Positions 1-9,033 of a DNA stretch of 64,000 bases are shown here, one piece after another (position 1 is the first letter of the stretch; each line of letters starts with the position of its first letter). The stretch covers positions 32,001 to 96,000 of the forward strand of contig CAVXEP010000003.1 of assembly GCA_963760795.1 (NCBI GenBank). The letters are read 5' to 3'. The DNA comes from an uncultured delta proteobacterium. Lineage in GTDB: Bacteria > Desulfobacterota > Binatia > UBA9968. Below the pieces are notes generated by a model, which was not told the DNA's origin, made no database searches, and saw only the letters and a program-made list of their open reading frames with translations. The translations under genes were made by a program, and so were the position numbers.

Positions 1-780
1 AAAAGGATCCCGCCCGCCTGCCCTGGAAACAGCTTGGCGTCGATATCGTCATAGAAGCCACCGGGGTATTTACCGACGGCGCCCAAGTGCGCGCCCATCT
101 GGACGCCGGCGCTAAGAAGGCGATCATCACCTCCCCGGCGACCAACGAAGACATCACCCTGGTGCTGGGCGTCAACGATGGCGACTACGACCCGCGCAAG
201 CATCATATGGTGTCGAACGCCTCGTGCACGACCAATTGCCTGGCGCCGGTGGCCAAAGTGCTGCACGACAGCTTCGGCATCGAGCGCGGCCTGATGACAA
301 CGACCCACGCCTACACCAACGACCAGAGGATTCTCGACCTGATGCACAAAGATCTGCGCCGCGCCCGCGCCGCGGCGGTGAACATCGTCCCCACCAGCAC
401 CGGCGCCGCTAAAGCGATCGGCTTGGTCATGCCGGAGCTGAAAGGCAAACTGCACGGCATTTCCTTGCGCGTACCGACAGCGACGGTGTCCGTCGTCGAC
501 TTGGTCGTCGATCTAAAGAAAGCCGCGTCCATCGAGGCGATCAACGCGGCGCTGCAGCAAAGCGCCGACGGCAAGATGAACGGCATTCTCGCCTATTGCG
601 ACGAGCCGCTGGTATCCAGCGATTTTCGCGGCAACTCAGCGTCGTCCATCGTCGATGGACTTTCCACCGTGGTGCTTGAAGGCAAGATGGCCAAAGTTCT
701 AAGTTGGTACGACAACGAGTGGGGCTACAGCTGCCGGGTCGCCGACTTGGCGAAACTGCTGGTAACCAGAGGGACTTTAA
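1..780 (+). CDS. gap: Glyceraldehyde-3-phosphate dehydrogenase (type I), 5'-partial
   Basis: Catalytic motif [12 protein letters not shown], plus [20 protein letters not shown] and [10 protein letters not shown]. An out-of-frame TAA at 778-780 after a GGG run suggests the true stop; as assembled the ORF reads through into the CBS gene. Confidence 0.95.
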
Positions 781-794
781 CAAGGAGCAAAACC

Positions 795-1184
795 ATGATC
801 GCCAAAGATATCATGACCCGTGACATCATCACCGTCGCTCCCACTATGAGCGTGAAGAACCTAGCCATGACGCTGATCAAGAATCAGATCAGCGGCGCGC
901 CGGTGGCGGCCAAGAACGGCAAGATCCTCGGCGTGGTCTCGGAAGCCGACATCATTGGCAAGAGAGGTAAAGACGTCAAAGCGATCATGAGCAAGACCGT
1001 CATCAGCGTGAGCGAAGAGGCCTCGGTCGAAGAAATCGCCCGCTTGATGACCACTCACTCGATCAAACGCCTCCCGGTAATGAAGGACGGCGCCATCGTC
1101 GGCATCGTCAGCCGCGCCGACATCGTCAGCGCCATCGCCCAAGGCGAGCAGGTCGCGATCCACACGCCGATCTACGATCTGTAA
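795..1184 (+). CDS. CBS-domain pair protein
   Basis: MIAKDIMT...ISGAPV...GVVSEADI...IKRLPV...GIVSRADI. Own RBS AAGGAG at 782-787 before ATG 795. Confidence 0.85.
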   Translation: MIAKDIMTRDIITVAPTMSVKNLAMTLIKNQISGAPVAAKNGKILGVVSEADIIGKRGKDVKAIMSKTVISVSEEASVEEIARLMTTHSIKRLPVMKDGAIVGIVSRADIVSAIAQGEQVAIHTPIYDL

Positions 1185-1441
1185 AGCCGGTAGCCGCATG
1201 ATCTTCGGTTTCACTTCGCGCTACCGCAACACACACCTATGATCAATCGCCCTGAACCAGTTGGGCGCCGCCTGGTCAATCCTGCCCAAGACTCAAGCCG
1301 TGGCATTGATCCTTTTCATTGCTATCGTCAAAGCATTTCTGGTAGCTAGAAACGATAGCACTTGAAGAATGACCGATTCGTTTATCTCATCACTCAACCT
1401 TGAATTGCATCGACCGCGCCGGGCAAACAGGGCTATCGACT

Positions 1442-1882
1442 TCACGCTGGCCGCATCGACAGCACCGGGCAGCCAGCCCGCGCCACCACCTTGGCGGTGA
1501 CGCTGCCGAGCAGGACCTGCTGGAAGCCGGTGCGTCCATGGGTCGACATGACAATCAAATCGGCATTTTCTCGCTGCGCTTTTTCGACGATCTTATCGTG
1601 GGGCACGCCGGCCTCAACGATCTCCGTCACCTCGACTTGGTCCATCAGGTCGGCAAAGTGCTCTGTCATGAATGCATGCAGGCGTTCGCGCTGTTGCGGC
1701 AACAAGGCATTAGCGGGATTGAGCTTGTCGTCGCTGCCGAGCCAATCGCTGTCTTCGCTAATCACATGATAGACGACCACCGCCGCGCGCCGCTCCATTG
1801 CCAATTCTAGAGCATAGCGCAGCGCCGTTCGCGATAGATCTGACAGATCCGTCGGCGCGAGGATTTTGCTGGTTTTGATCAC
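1442..1882 (-). CDS. Universal stress protein (UspA family)
   Basis: KILAPTDLS...ADLIVMSTHGRTG...LLGSVTAKV. GTG start at 1882 after GAGGAG. Confidence 0.9.
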   Translation of the reverse strand: MIKTSKILAPTDLSDLSRTALRYALELAMERRAAVVVYHVISEDSDWLGSDDKLNPANALLPQQRERLHAFMTEHFADLMDQVEVTEIVEAGVPHDKIVEKAQRENADLIVMSTHGRTGFQQVLLGSVTAKVVARAGCPVLSMRPA

Positions 1883-1930
1883 ATCATTCTCCTCTACGGT
1901 AAATTTCAATGACATTCCATGTTGAACAGG

Positions 1931-1947
1931 AGCAAGAACTACGCCTT
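1931..1947 (-). promoter_or_regulatory. Sigma-54 (-24/-12) promoter for usp
   Basis: AGGCGTAGTTCTTGCT on the minus strand, GG-N10-GC spacing, ~50 nt upstream of the start. Confidence 0.6.
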
Positions 1948-2101
1948 CGCTGCCGCGCTGTGAGGCAAACCAAATCCGCGGTATTCACCTGAATTTTTTC
2001 GCAACGCTGCGCAAATCCACGGCGATATTCTCATTTGTGAAAACCAGCCGCCGAGTGAGCGCCGCAATCGCGCCAACTCCTGCGATAATTTTTTCGCGAG
2101 C

Positions 2102-2118
2102 TTGGCACGGACACTGCA
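2102..2118 (+). promoter_or_regulatory. Sigma-54 promoter
   Basis: TTGGCACGGACACTGCA, near-consensus TGGCAC-N5-TTGC. Confidence 0.75.
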
Positions 2119-2250
2119 CCAACAACGGGTGCAGCAACTGTTGAGGAGGAACCGAGGTGGGGCTAGTGTAAATGAGCATATTTGGAATTCGGCATCGGAA
2201 ATTGTGAGTTTGTCATAGCGGCCTCGCACAGCGCGGCCGCCGGAGGCGTT

Positions 2251-2517
2251 ATGGGCGGTTTTTTGGGCGATAAAGAAGTACTCACTAAAGAACGAGTCAA
2301 GGAAATACTGCGCAACAAGGAATATAACTTCTTCGAAGAGAAAGTTAATCTTCTCGAAGTCAGGGACGACTCCTTGTTGCTGAAAGTTTCCTTCTTGATC
2401 GAACACAAGACACGCATGATCGTGATCGAGGAAAAAGATCCCATCGTCGTGCCGTTTAGCGATTTCAAAGTCGAGGATTGGGGCGACGGCGTCAAAAAAA
2501 TCGCCGATATCGAGTGA
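2251..2517 (+). CDS. Hypothetical acidic protein (88 aa)
   Basis: GGAGG RBS before ATG 2251, protein-like composition, upstream sigma-54 promoter. Confidence 0.7.
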   Translation: MGGFLGDKEVLTKERVKEILRNKEYNFFEEKVNLLEVRDDSLLLKVSFLIEHKTRMIVIEEKDPIVVPFSDFKVEDWGDGVKKIADIE

Positions 2518-2624
2518 GCGACCCTCTTTCGCGGCTCTCGAAATATCGATATCGTGCATTTGTCAGCGCTTCGGCATACTGCGGCGGTTCATCGAGCGCA
2601 CCGCCCTTGACGCCGACAAAACTG

Positions 2625-2909
2625 CTAAAAATAGTCTTTTTTCTTAAAGTAAGAATACAAACCCAGCGAGATCAATACCATGCCGGAGATCGCCGCGAAA
2701 TAACCGTAGCGCCATTCCAGTGCGGGCATAAATTTGAAATTCATGCCATAGATGCCCGCGATGGCGGTGATCACGACAAATATCGTGCCCCAGGCGGTGA
2801 GCCGCTTCATCGTCAGGTTGAGCTGATTCGAGGTCGACGCGAGATGGACTTCGAGAGCGCTTGAAAGAATATCTCTGAGGCTGTCGAGTTCCTCGGTGTA
2901 AAACGACAA
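2625..2909 (-). pseudogene. corA: CorA Mg2+/Co2+ transporter C-terminal fragment
   Basis: Signature GIYGMNF...MPALEW with two TM helices. The N-terminal ~two-thirds is absent. Confidence 0.8.
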
Positions 2910-3051
2910 GATGGATCATTACACCAAGCTCTGGCACGACTGGTTGCTGCAATGAGAGATATTTCGAGAATGACTGACACCGCCAAAGATAACCGCACGC
3001 AAACCGCTCATGAACGTTGCCATGACCTGTCGTCCAGGTCGACGCGACGCG

Positions 3052-4686
3052 CTATGGCCTAAAGCCGACAACGAGATGGGCCCGATGGGACTCGGGAAAC
3101 CCTTCGCCTTCGCACTTGAGCGTGACGATGTAGGTGCCCGCCGTTGCAATCGCCTCGGGTGAAATGATCGCCTTAAGCTCATCCTTTGAGACGAAGCTGG
3201 TCGGTAGCGGTTCGCCGTTCAGCATGACGCGGTGGAATGGCCACATCCCGCCCTGCCCTCGTACCTTCAATACCGTGGGGCCGGAACCCTCTTCGAGAAA
3301 CAGCGGCGATATTTCGAGGTCCAGCGGCAAGCTCTGATAGGAATAAAATGACGCGATCGGATTCTTGTATTTTTTAAATCCGATATCGATGACCTTGCCA
3401 TCCAAGACGACCATCTTGACGTTTTGCGTCATCCAGATGTCTTGCAGCGGGTCGCCCTCGACGATGGACAGGTCTGCGACCTTGCCGGCCTCGACGCTGC
3501 CGTAGTCTTTGTCTTTCTTGAAAGTCCTGGCGACGTTGAGCGTGGCGGCTTGGATCGCCGTCATCGGCGGCACGCCCGCCTCCACGTCCATCACCAGCGC
3601 CTGATGCATCAGCAATGCCGCCATGCCGCGCGGCGGGTCCGAGCCTTCTTTCAGGATGCCACCGGCCTGAACGAAACGCCGGATGAATTCTTTCGCTTTG
3701 TCATAGCCGACCTTGGCTTGCTCGAGCTGCGCGGGCGTGTAGCGCTTGAGCAGCTTGTCATAAGAATTATCGGTGACCGCGCGTACCGCCGGCGGGAGAT
3801 CGGCATTGGGGTCGTTCAGGATTTGGTTCTCTCGTTCTCTGAAGCGCGCCGCGCTCGGCGACAGCGGCCGGAGCCACTTTGCAATAGTCGGCGTCCACGC
3901 GACCTGGTGCGCCACCATCGCGTCGATCACCGCGTCGTAATTTTCCGTCTGATAATAAGCGCCGGCGAGCTCCTGATCGATCACGCCGCCGAGTCGATCT
4001 TCGGCGAGCTTGCGCCTGGCGGGTGCGTAAGGAATGGAGCTGTAGCCCACTGACCAGATATGCTCGACGGCGTCCACGCCGGCGTTGGCGGAGCCGACGA
4101 CGTCCCAACTGTGGGCGGCTACCGGCATGTCCAGGCGATGGGCTTCGTCGACGGCGACTTTCACCAGGTCTAGAGAAAGAAACTCGTTGACCTTGAGGAT
4201 GTCGCAGCCAAGCTGCTTTTTCCGCTGCACCGCTTGGCGAACTTCTTCGGGCGTCGTGACGATGATGTTGTCGCGCGCGGTTCGCGAGCCGAAGGCGTCG
4301 TGCCCCGTGCTGACGCCGCCGATCGCGCGGCCGGACATCCAAATCCGCGGCCCGCGGATTCTCCCCAAAGCGGTACCCTGCTTTTGCGCCAGGGTCCAAG
4401 GGCCGTCCTGGTAGAGCTCAATATTGGCGCAAGTGGTAATTCCCAGGTGCAGATAAAGCTCGCCATGGAAATCCTCCAGGTGGCCATGACCGTCGATGAA
4501 GCCCGGCAGAACAGTTTTACCCGCGAGATCGATCACCTCAGCGTCGGCGGGAATAGCGACTGCGCCGCTTCTGCCGACGGTTTGGAACCTGCCTGACTGG
4601 ATCACAATGACGGAATTATCGATCGGCGGTCGGCCGGTGCCATCGATCAGTTTTCCACCCTGGAGAACGAGAATTTTCTCCGCCAT
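3052..4686 (-). CDS. Amidohydrolase family protein (imidazolonepropionase-like)
   Basis: PGFIDGHGH metal motif, AAH, EH and GSVEAGKVADL motifs, C-terminal Ig-like extension. Confidence 0.88.
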   Translation of the reverse strand: MAEKILVLQGGKLIDGTGRPPIDNSVIVIQSGRFQTVGRSGAVAIPADAEVIDLAGKTVLPGFIDGHGHLEDFHGELYLHLGITTCANIELYQDGPWTLAQKQGTALGRIRGPRIWMSGRAIGGVSTGHDAFGSRTARDNIIVTTPEEVRQAVQRKKQLGCDILKVNEFLSLDLVKVAVDEAHRLDMPVAAHSWDVVGSANAGVDAVEHIWSVGYSSIPYAPARRKLAEDRLGGVIDQELAGAYYQTENYDAVIDAMVAHQVAWTPTIAKWLRPLSPSAARFRERENQILNDPNADLPPAVRAVTDNSYDKLLKRYTPAQLEQAKVGYDKAKEFIRRFVQAGGILKEGSDPPRGMAALLMHQALVMDVEAGVPPMTAIQAATLNVARTFKKDKDYGSVEAGKVADLSIVEGDPLQDIWMTQNVKMVVLDGKVIDIGFKKYKNPIASFYSYQSLPLDLEISPLFLEEGSGPTVLKVRGQGGMWPFHRVMLNGEPLPTSFVSKDELKAIISPEAIATAGTYIVTLKCEGEGFPESHRAHLVVGFRP

Positions 4687-5007
4687 GATTTCCTTCCCTC
4701 CCGCGTGCCGATCCGCAGCATCCTACGCGACTGGATTGCCGAGCCGGCGGCACAAACGCGACTGTAGCTATCCGCTCCCACGCGGCTTTTCTACCACGTT
4801 TGCGCAATTCCGAAAACGTGAAAACTGTCGCGGCACGATCGGTAAGTTTTTTCTCCCGCTGGCATCACTAAGACGGGACAAGTCGCGCCGCGGGAAAATC
4901 AGTCGGTGACGCTGCCGAACAGCCGCCGCGGCCGTGCCACGACATGACAACCAGATCGACTCGCTCTACCGATTTGCAAGCAGCTTGGCAACCGCGCACC
5001 ATTCACG

Positions 5008-5190
5008 TCATTTCCGAATATGGTTCGAATTGCCCCGACACCACTTGCTGCCGTCGGGCGGATTATTGTTGCGGTTGCGCGCTTTGTGATGGACCGTCAG
5101 CTCGTGCAGTTTCTTGCCGGCAAACTCGCGCCCGCACTAGGCGCAAATTTATGGCAAATTTATCAGCGCGCGATGACGATAAACATTGCC
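5008..5190 (-). pseudogene. yajD: Degraded YajD-family HNH nuclease remnant
   Basis: Manual translation: YRHRALINLP*ICA*CGREFAGKKLHELTVHHKARNRNNNPPDGSKW. This matches the YajD pattern (C-x2-CxREF...LTVHH...NNPPDGSNW) with two in-frame stops. Confidence 0.7.
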
Positions 5191-5202
5191 ACGCCCTTGC
5201 CC

Positions 5203-6207
5203 TCAGCGAACTTCCTTGCCGGGGTAGAGCTGTTTTAACAAACCTTCATCGACGATCTGCTTCATAAACCGATCGTCGAGAAAATCACTGACAAACTGAT
5301 CGGCGGCCCGGCCGGTGACTCCCAGGTGATCGAGGACGGTCTTGGTGCCTTCGATACTCGGACGCGGCACCGGCTCCATAAAGCGAGTGTCCGAGTCATA
5401 GGCGTGTTGCAAAATATTTGGGTCGGAAACACGAGTGTACTTTTCCAACACGGCCTTCGCCTCATTGGGGCGTCGTTTGATGTAGGCGATCGCTTCGGTG
5501 ATGCCGGCCACGAAACTGCGCATGCGCCCGGGCTGCTTGGCGATGTACGGCCGCATCGCCGCGCTGCAATTGCCTATATAAGGGATATTCAATTCGCCCA
5601 ATTCGAGCAGCGATTTAAAACCTGCCGCCGCCGCTTGGAGATCGTTCGGTGAGGACGCAAAAATCGCCTGCACCCGGCCGTTGACCAGCGCCGCGAATGC
5701 CGCGCTGGTTGACCCGCTATAGATCAGCGAAACATCCTGACCGAGTTTGAACCCTTGGCGGACAAAAAACAGTTTGGCGGCAAAATCGCTCGCCGAACCA
5801 GGGTTGGCGACGGCGAATACTTTGCCGCGCAGCTCCGCGATTTTTTGAATCGCCGGCGAGACCATGATATTCGATGTCAGTTTGTGCGCCGCGCAAGAGG
5901 TGACCGCGATATCGCCACCGCTCAAGCGCATCTGCACCAGCGGCGGACCGGCGGAGAAATAAATCTGGATCTCGCCGGCGAGCAGCGCCGGCCGGCCGGC
6001 GGCGCGCGGCAAATAGATCGGCTTGACCTGGATACCATGCTTGTCGAACAGCTTGGCCTCGGCGCCGACCCACAGCGGCAATATCGACCCCGACAGCGTC
6101 CCATGGCCGACCAGCAAGGTCGGCCGCTCCTGGGCAAACACCGCCCCATAGAGCAGGCCGGCCAACCCGATAAACATCAATTGACTGGCAGCACGCTGGG
6201 ATTTCAT
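5203..6207 (-). CDS. ABC transporter substrate-binding protein (NitT/TauT/SsuA, NMT1-like)
   Basis: Signal peptide; LRGKVFAVANPGSASD and AALVNGRVQA motifs. Confidence 0.85.
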   Translation of the reverse strand: MKSQRAASQLMFIGLAGLLYGAVFAQERPTLLVGHGTLSGSILPLWVGAEAKLFDKHGIQVKPIYLPRAAGRPALLAGEIQIYFSAGPPLVQMRLSGGDIAVTSCAAHKLTSNIMVSPAIQKIAELRGKVFAVANPGSASDFAAKLFFVRQGFKLGQDVSLIYSGSTSAAFAALVNGRVQAIFASSPNDLQAAAAGFKSLLELGELNIPYIGNCSAAMRPYIAKQPGRMRSFVAGITEAIAYIKRRPNEAKAVLEKYTRVSDPNILQHAYDSDTRFMEPVPRPSIEGTKTVLDHLGVTGRAADQFVSDFLDDRFMKQIVDEGLLKQLYPGKEVR

Positions 6208-6305
6208 GGGTTAGCCTCCGTCATGCTGAGTTCATCGTCTTACGAAACTCGCGCCGTCGGCGTGGTCACACTAATTTGATAACAGATAGCCTATTGAGAG
6301 AGATG

Positions 6306-6392
6306 GTTTCAATCCTCACTCCCCGGCGAAGGAGGAGGGCATCCATCGGCACGTCAAGCGAGTTGCAGCCGGCAAATGCTTCAATCCTGCTC
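6306..6392. CRISPR. Putative eroded orphan CRISPR remnant (repeat-spacer-partial repeat)
   Basis: GTTTCAATCCTCACTCCCCGGCGAAGGAGGAGGGCATC (reverse strand ends ATTGAAAC, internal hairpin), then GCTTCAATCCTGCTC exactly 72 nt downstream. Confidence 0.5.
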
Positions 6393-6409
6393 GAGGAATC
6401 GAAACCCAC

Positions 6410-6592
6410 GAGCGCCAGCGATGGCGATGGCTATCGGCGCCGCCGATGAGCCAGGCGGCGACCAGCAAAGCGCTGGGCGCGCCGGACTACCCAGCGGTGA
6501 GCCGGAAGAGGAACCGGTTACGGGAGGTTGTGCAGGGGAATAAGCGTCTCGTGCTGGCTTTATCGGACATTGAAGAGGACTTACACCTTAGA
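6410..6592 (+). pseudogene. Possible C-terminal HTH remnant of a Y1/RAYT-type transposase
   Basis: MSQAATSKALGAPDYPAVSRKRNRLREVVQGNKRL resembles the DnaA-C-like HTH tails of REP-associated tyrosine transposases. No N-terminus present. Confidence 0.35.
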
Positions 6593-6646
6593 TAAAGATT
6601 TGACCTAGAATTCCCTTTTGTGAATTCCTTGCCCTTTTCTCTTCGC

Positions 6647-6967
6647 TCACTTCACCACCGCAACGACCAAAGCTACCAGTGCGATTAATCCTACGCCCGC
6701 TGCCACCACGGCCAAAACTTTCAGGGACTTTTGCACGGTGTGAAGAACCGTTTCGATGAGTTTCAGCTTGTCGTTGATCTCCTTATTGACTGCGGCCTGT
6801 AATTCTAGTGCCTTTTTTAGATCGTCCAGTTGATTCTGAGTCCCAGCTCCGGGTTTTCGAATAGTCTCGACTAGTTGGCGAATTTGCTCGATGGAAACAT
6901 TGACCGCAGGAGTAATAGTCGCTAGCTGGATCAGAAGTTTAGCGATAGTTGTGATTGAAAACATCAT
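6647..6967 (-). CDS. Hypothetical protein, coiled coil with C-terminal TM anchor
   Basis: 106-aa ORF, lower GC, hydrophobic C-terminus. Confidence 0.65.
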   Translation of the reverse strand: MMFSITTIAKLLIQLATITPAVNVSIEQIRQLVETIRKPGAGTQNQLDDLKKALELQAAVNKEINDKLKLIETVLHTVQKSLKVLAVVAAGVGLIALVALVVAVVK

Positions 6968-7208
6968 GACTCTCGTTTCGCCGGTGCGACCATTAAAGTT
7001 GCCAGATGGAGCTAAAAAAGGTGGCGGGTTACTTTTCTTTTCGCTGCTGCCAGTGCGCTTTTCGCACCGGTCATTGCCGGTTCAAAGCCGCGCCAACAAT
7101 ATATCGTCCACTATCATTTCAGCGTTCATTTTGATCTTTCGATAATCCAAGAAACGCGAAAGGCCCTCGTCATTATGAATCCGGTAATCGATTTGCACGG
7201 CGCGCAGC

Positions 7209-7235
7209 GTTTGAACGATTGGAACGTTTGGAACC
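7209..7235 (+). repeat. Degenerate 9-bp tandem repeat (TTGAACGAT/TGGAACGTT)
   Basis: gtttgaacgattggaacgtttggaacc, with a related copy at 17411-17443. Confidence 0.5.
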
Positions 7236-7355
7236 GCGCTCGATCAATATTTGGCACGGCCATCAGTATTGATTGACTGAGCGCCGCGCTAATCTACTCC
7301 TTGCAGTCAAGCTACTTCGGCAGTCAGGCACAGCCACTTTCGGCAGCTTTGCGCT

Positions 7356-7523
7356 TCACTGTTTCGCTTTAGAAACCAGCCAAATAACAATGCCGATAAC
7401 TCCAACGACCAGAAGCGCTCCGACCCAGACTCCGGCCTTAAAAATTTCAGCCACCAGCTCACAGCCAGACAATGCGAGTGAAGAAATAAGCAGCCCCACC
7501 GACGACCACCACGATTGTTTCAT
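7356..7523 (-). CDS. Small lipoprotein/membrane protein (55 aa)
   Basis: Manual translation [55 protein letters not shown]. Lipobox LSGC, GGAGG RBS. Confidence 0.75.
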   Translation of the reverse strand: MKQSWWSSVGLLISSLALSGCELVAEIFKAGVWVGALLVVGVIGIVIWLVSKAKQ

Positions 7524-7971
7524 AGAAGCCCTCCAGCATCCCGATTGAATGGCTGGTAGTCTAACAAGTGAGACGGACCGGACAAGTAACTGGTAAAATT
7601 CACTCGCTTAAGCAATCAGGCGGTTAGTAACAGGTATCTCGACGTTTTGAGAATTCCCGAAACGTCGAAGCTCCCGACTGGTTTTCAATCTCTCAAACAA
7701 TTTGACCGTAGCGAAGCGCAATGAACTGCCGCGCAACAAGCTAGGGGGTATCGGAAGAACGCGATCAGAATTTTCCTAAATGCGTAAATGTTTCATGTTT
7801 CTCGTCTCATGTTTCTCTCTGCTCCGACTCCAGGGAAAATCAACGAGCCTGATGGGCAACATGTCGAGTAGTCCCTTGACACCTTCGCGCGTCGCGCCCT
7901 ATGATTTGCGGGTGCTTTCGCGCTCTGACCATCGGTTCCAAGGCCTGGTTCCAGACAGTTTGGAGGGTGCT

Positions 7972-9000
7972 ATGAAACGCTTCGCGTGCGCGCTCTTGTT
8001 TCTGCTGGCGTCGGTCACGAACGGACAAGCTCAGACGCCCTTCTATCAAGGTAAAACCATCCGGATCATCGTCGGCAATCTTGCCGGCGACGCCTACGAT
8101 CTCTGGGCGAGAATCTTCGCCCAGCACATGGGCAAATACATCGCCGGGAATCCCACCATTATTGTGCAGAACATGACTGGAGCGGGAGGAGTGGTCGCCG
8201 CCAACTATGTTTATTCCGTGGCCAAGCCCGATGGTCTCACCCTCGGCACATTCGGGCCTTCAATGTACTTCGACCAGCTGGCCCGGCGCCCCGAAGTCCG
8301 GTTTGACTGGGCGAAATTCACCTGGCTCGGCACACCGGAACAAACCGAATTTATCCTGGTCATGAGGACGGACAATCCGTACCAATCGATCGAGGATGTG
8401 CGCAAGGCCGCGCAGCCGCCCAAGTGCGGCGCCACTGGCACGAGCACTTCCGGTTATTACATGCCGAAATTTTTGGATGAAGGGTTGGGGATCAAGTTCA
8501 ACATCGTGACCGGCTATCCCGGCGGCGGTGAGATTGACCTCGGCATCGAGCGCGGGGAGCTGCACTGCCGCAATCTTACGATCAGCACTTATTTCGCCCG
8601 CGAGCCGTTTCTGACCTGGCACAAGAAGGGGTTTGTCCGGCCCATCCTACAAACGGGAAAGAAGAGGGATCCGCTAGTTGCCGACGTTCCGTCGATCTAC
8701 GAGTTGATGGACCAATACAAGACGCCGGAGTCCACCCGGCGGGTGGCCGCGGTCCTTCTCGCTCCCGCGGTCTTCGGCCGACCGATGGTCGCCACGCCGG
8801 GAGTGCCGCCCGACCGGGTGAAAATTTTGCGCGGCGCTTACCACCAGTCGCTTAAAGATCCGGCGCTGCTCGAAGAGTTGAAGAAGCGCCGTTGGACGGT
8901 GGATGCGATCGGCGGCGAGGAGTTGGCGAAGCTGGCGAAAGAGGTGGTCTCACAGCCGCCGGATGTGGTCGAGCGCATGATGAAATTGTTGGGCAATTAG
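7972..9000 (+). CDS. Bug/TctC-family tripartite tricarboxylate transporter substrate-binding protein
   Basis: FYQGKTIRIIVG...NMTGAGG...AKPDGLTLG. GGAGG RBS before ATG 7972. Confidence 0.88.
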   Translation: MKRFACALLFLLASVTNGQAQTPFYQGKTIRIIVGNLAGDAYDLWARIFAQHMGKYIAGNPTIIVQNMTGAGGVVAANYVYSVAKPDGLTLGTFGPSMYFDQLARRPEVRFDWAKFTWLGTPEQTEFILVMRTDNPYQSIEDVRKAAQPPKCGATGTSTSGYYMPKFLDEGLGIKFNIVTGYPGGGEIDLGIERGELHCRNLTISTYFAREPFLTWHKKGFVRPILQTGKKRDPLVADVPSIYELMDQYKTPESTRRVAAVLLAPAVFGRPMVATPGVPPDRVKILRGAYHQSLKDPALLEELKKRRWTVDAIGGEELAKLAKEVVSQPPDVVERMMKLLGN

Positions 9001-9033
9001 TTGGGCCTCGCTGCCTGCGGTGTCGCGTTGCGA

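Noticed and set aside
6240-6650. Functional CRISPR-Cas locus
   Set aside because: At most one and a half degenerate repeats and no cas genes. Kept only as a remnant.
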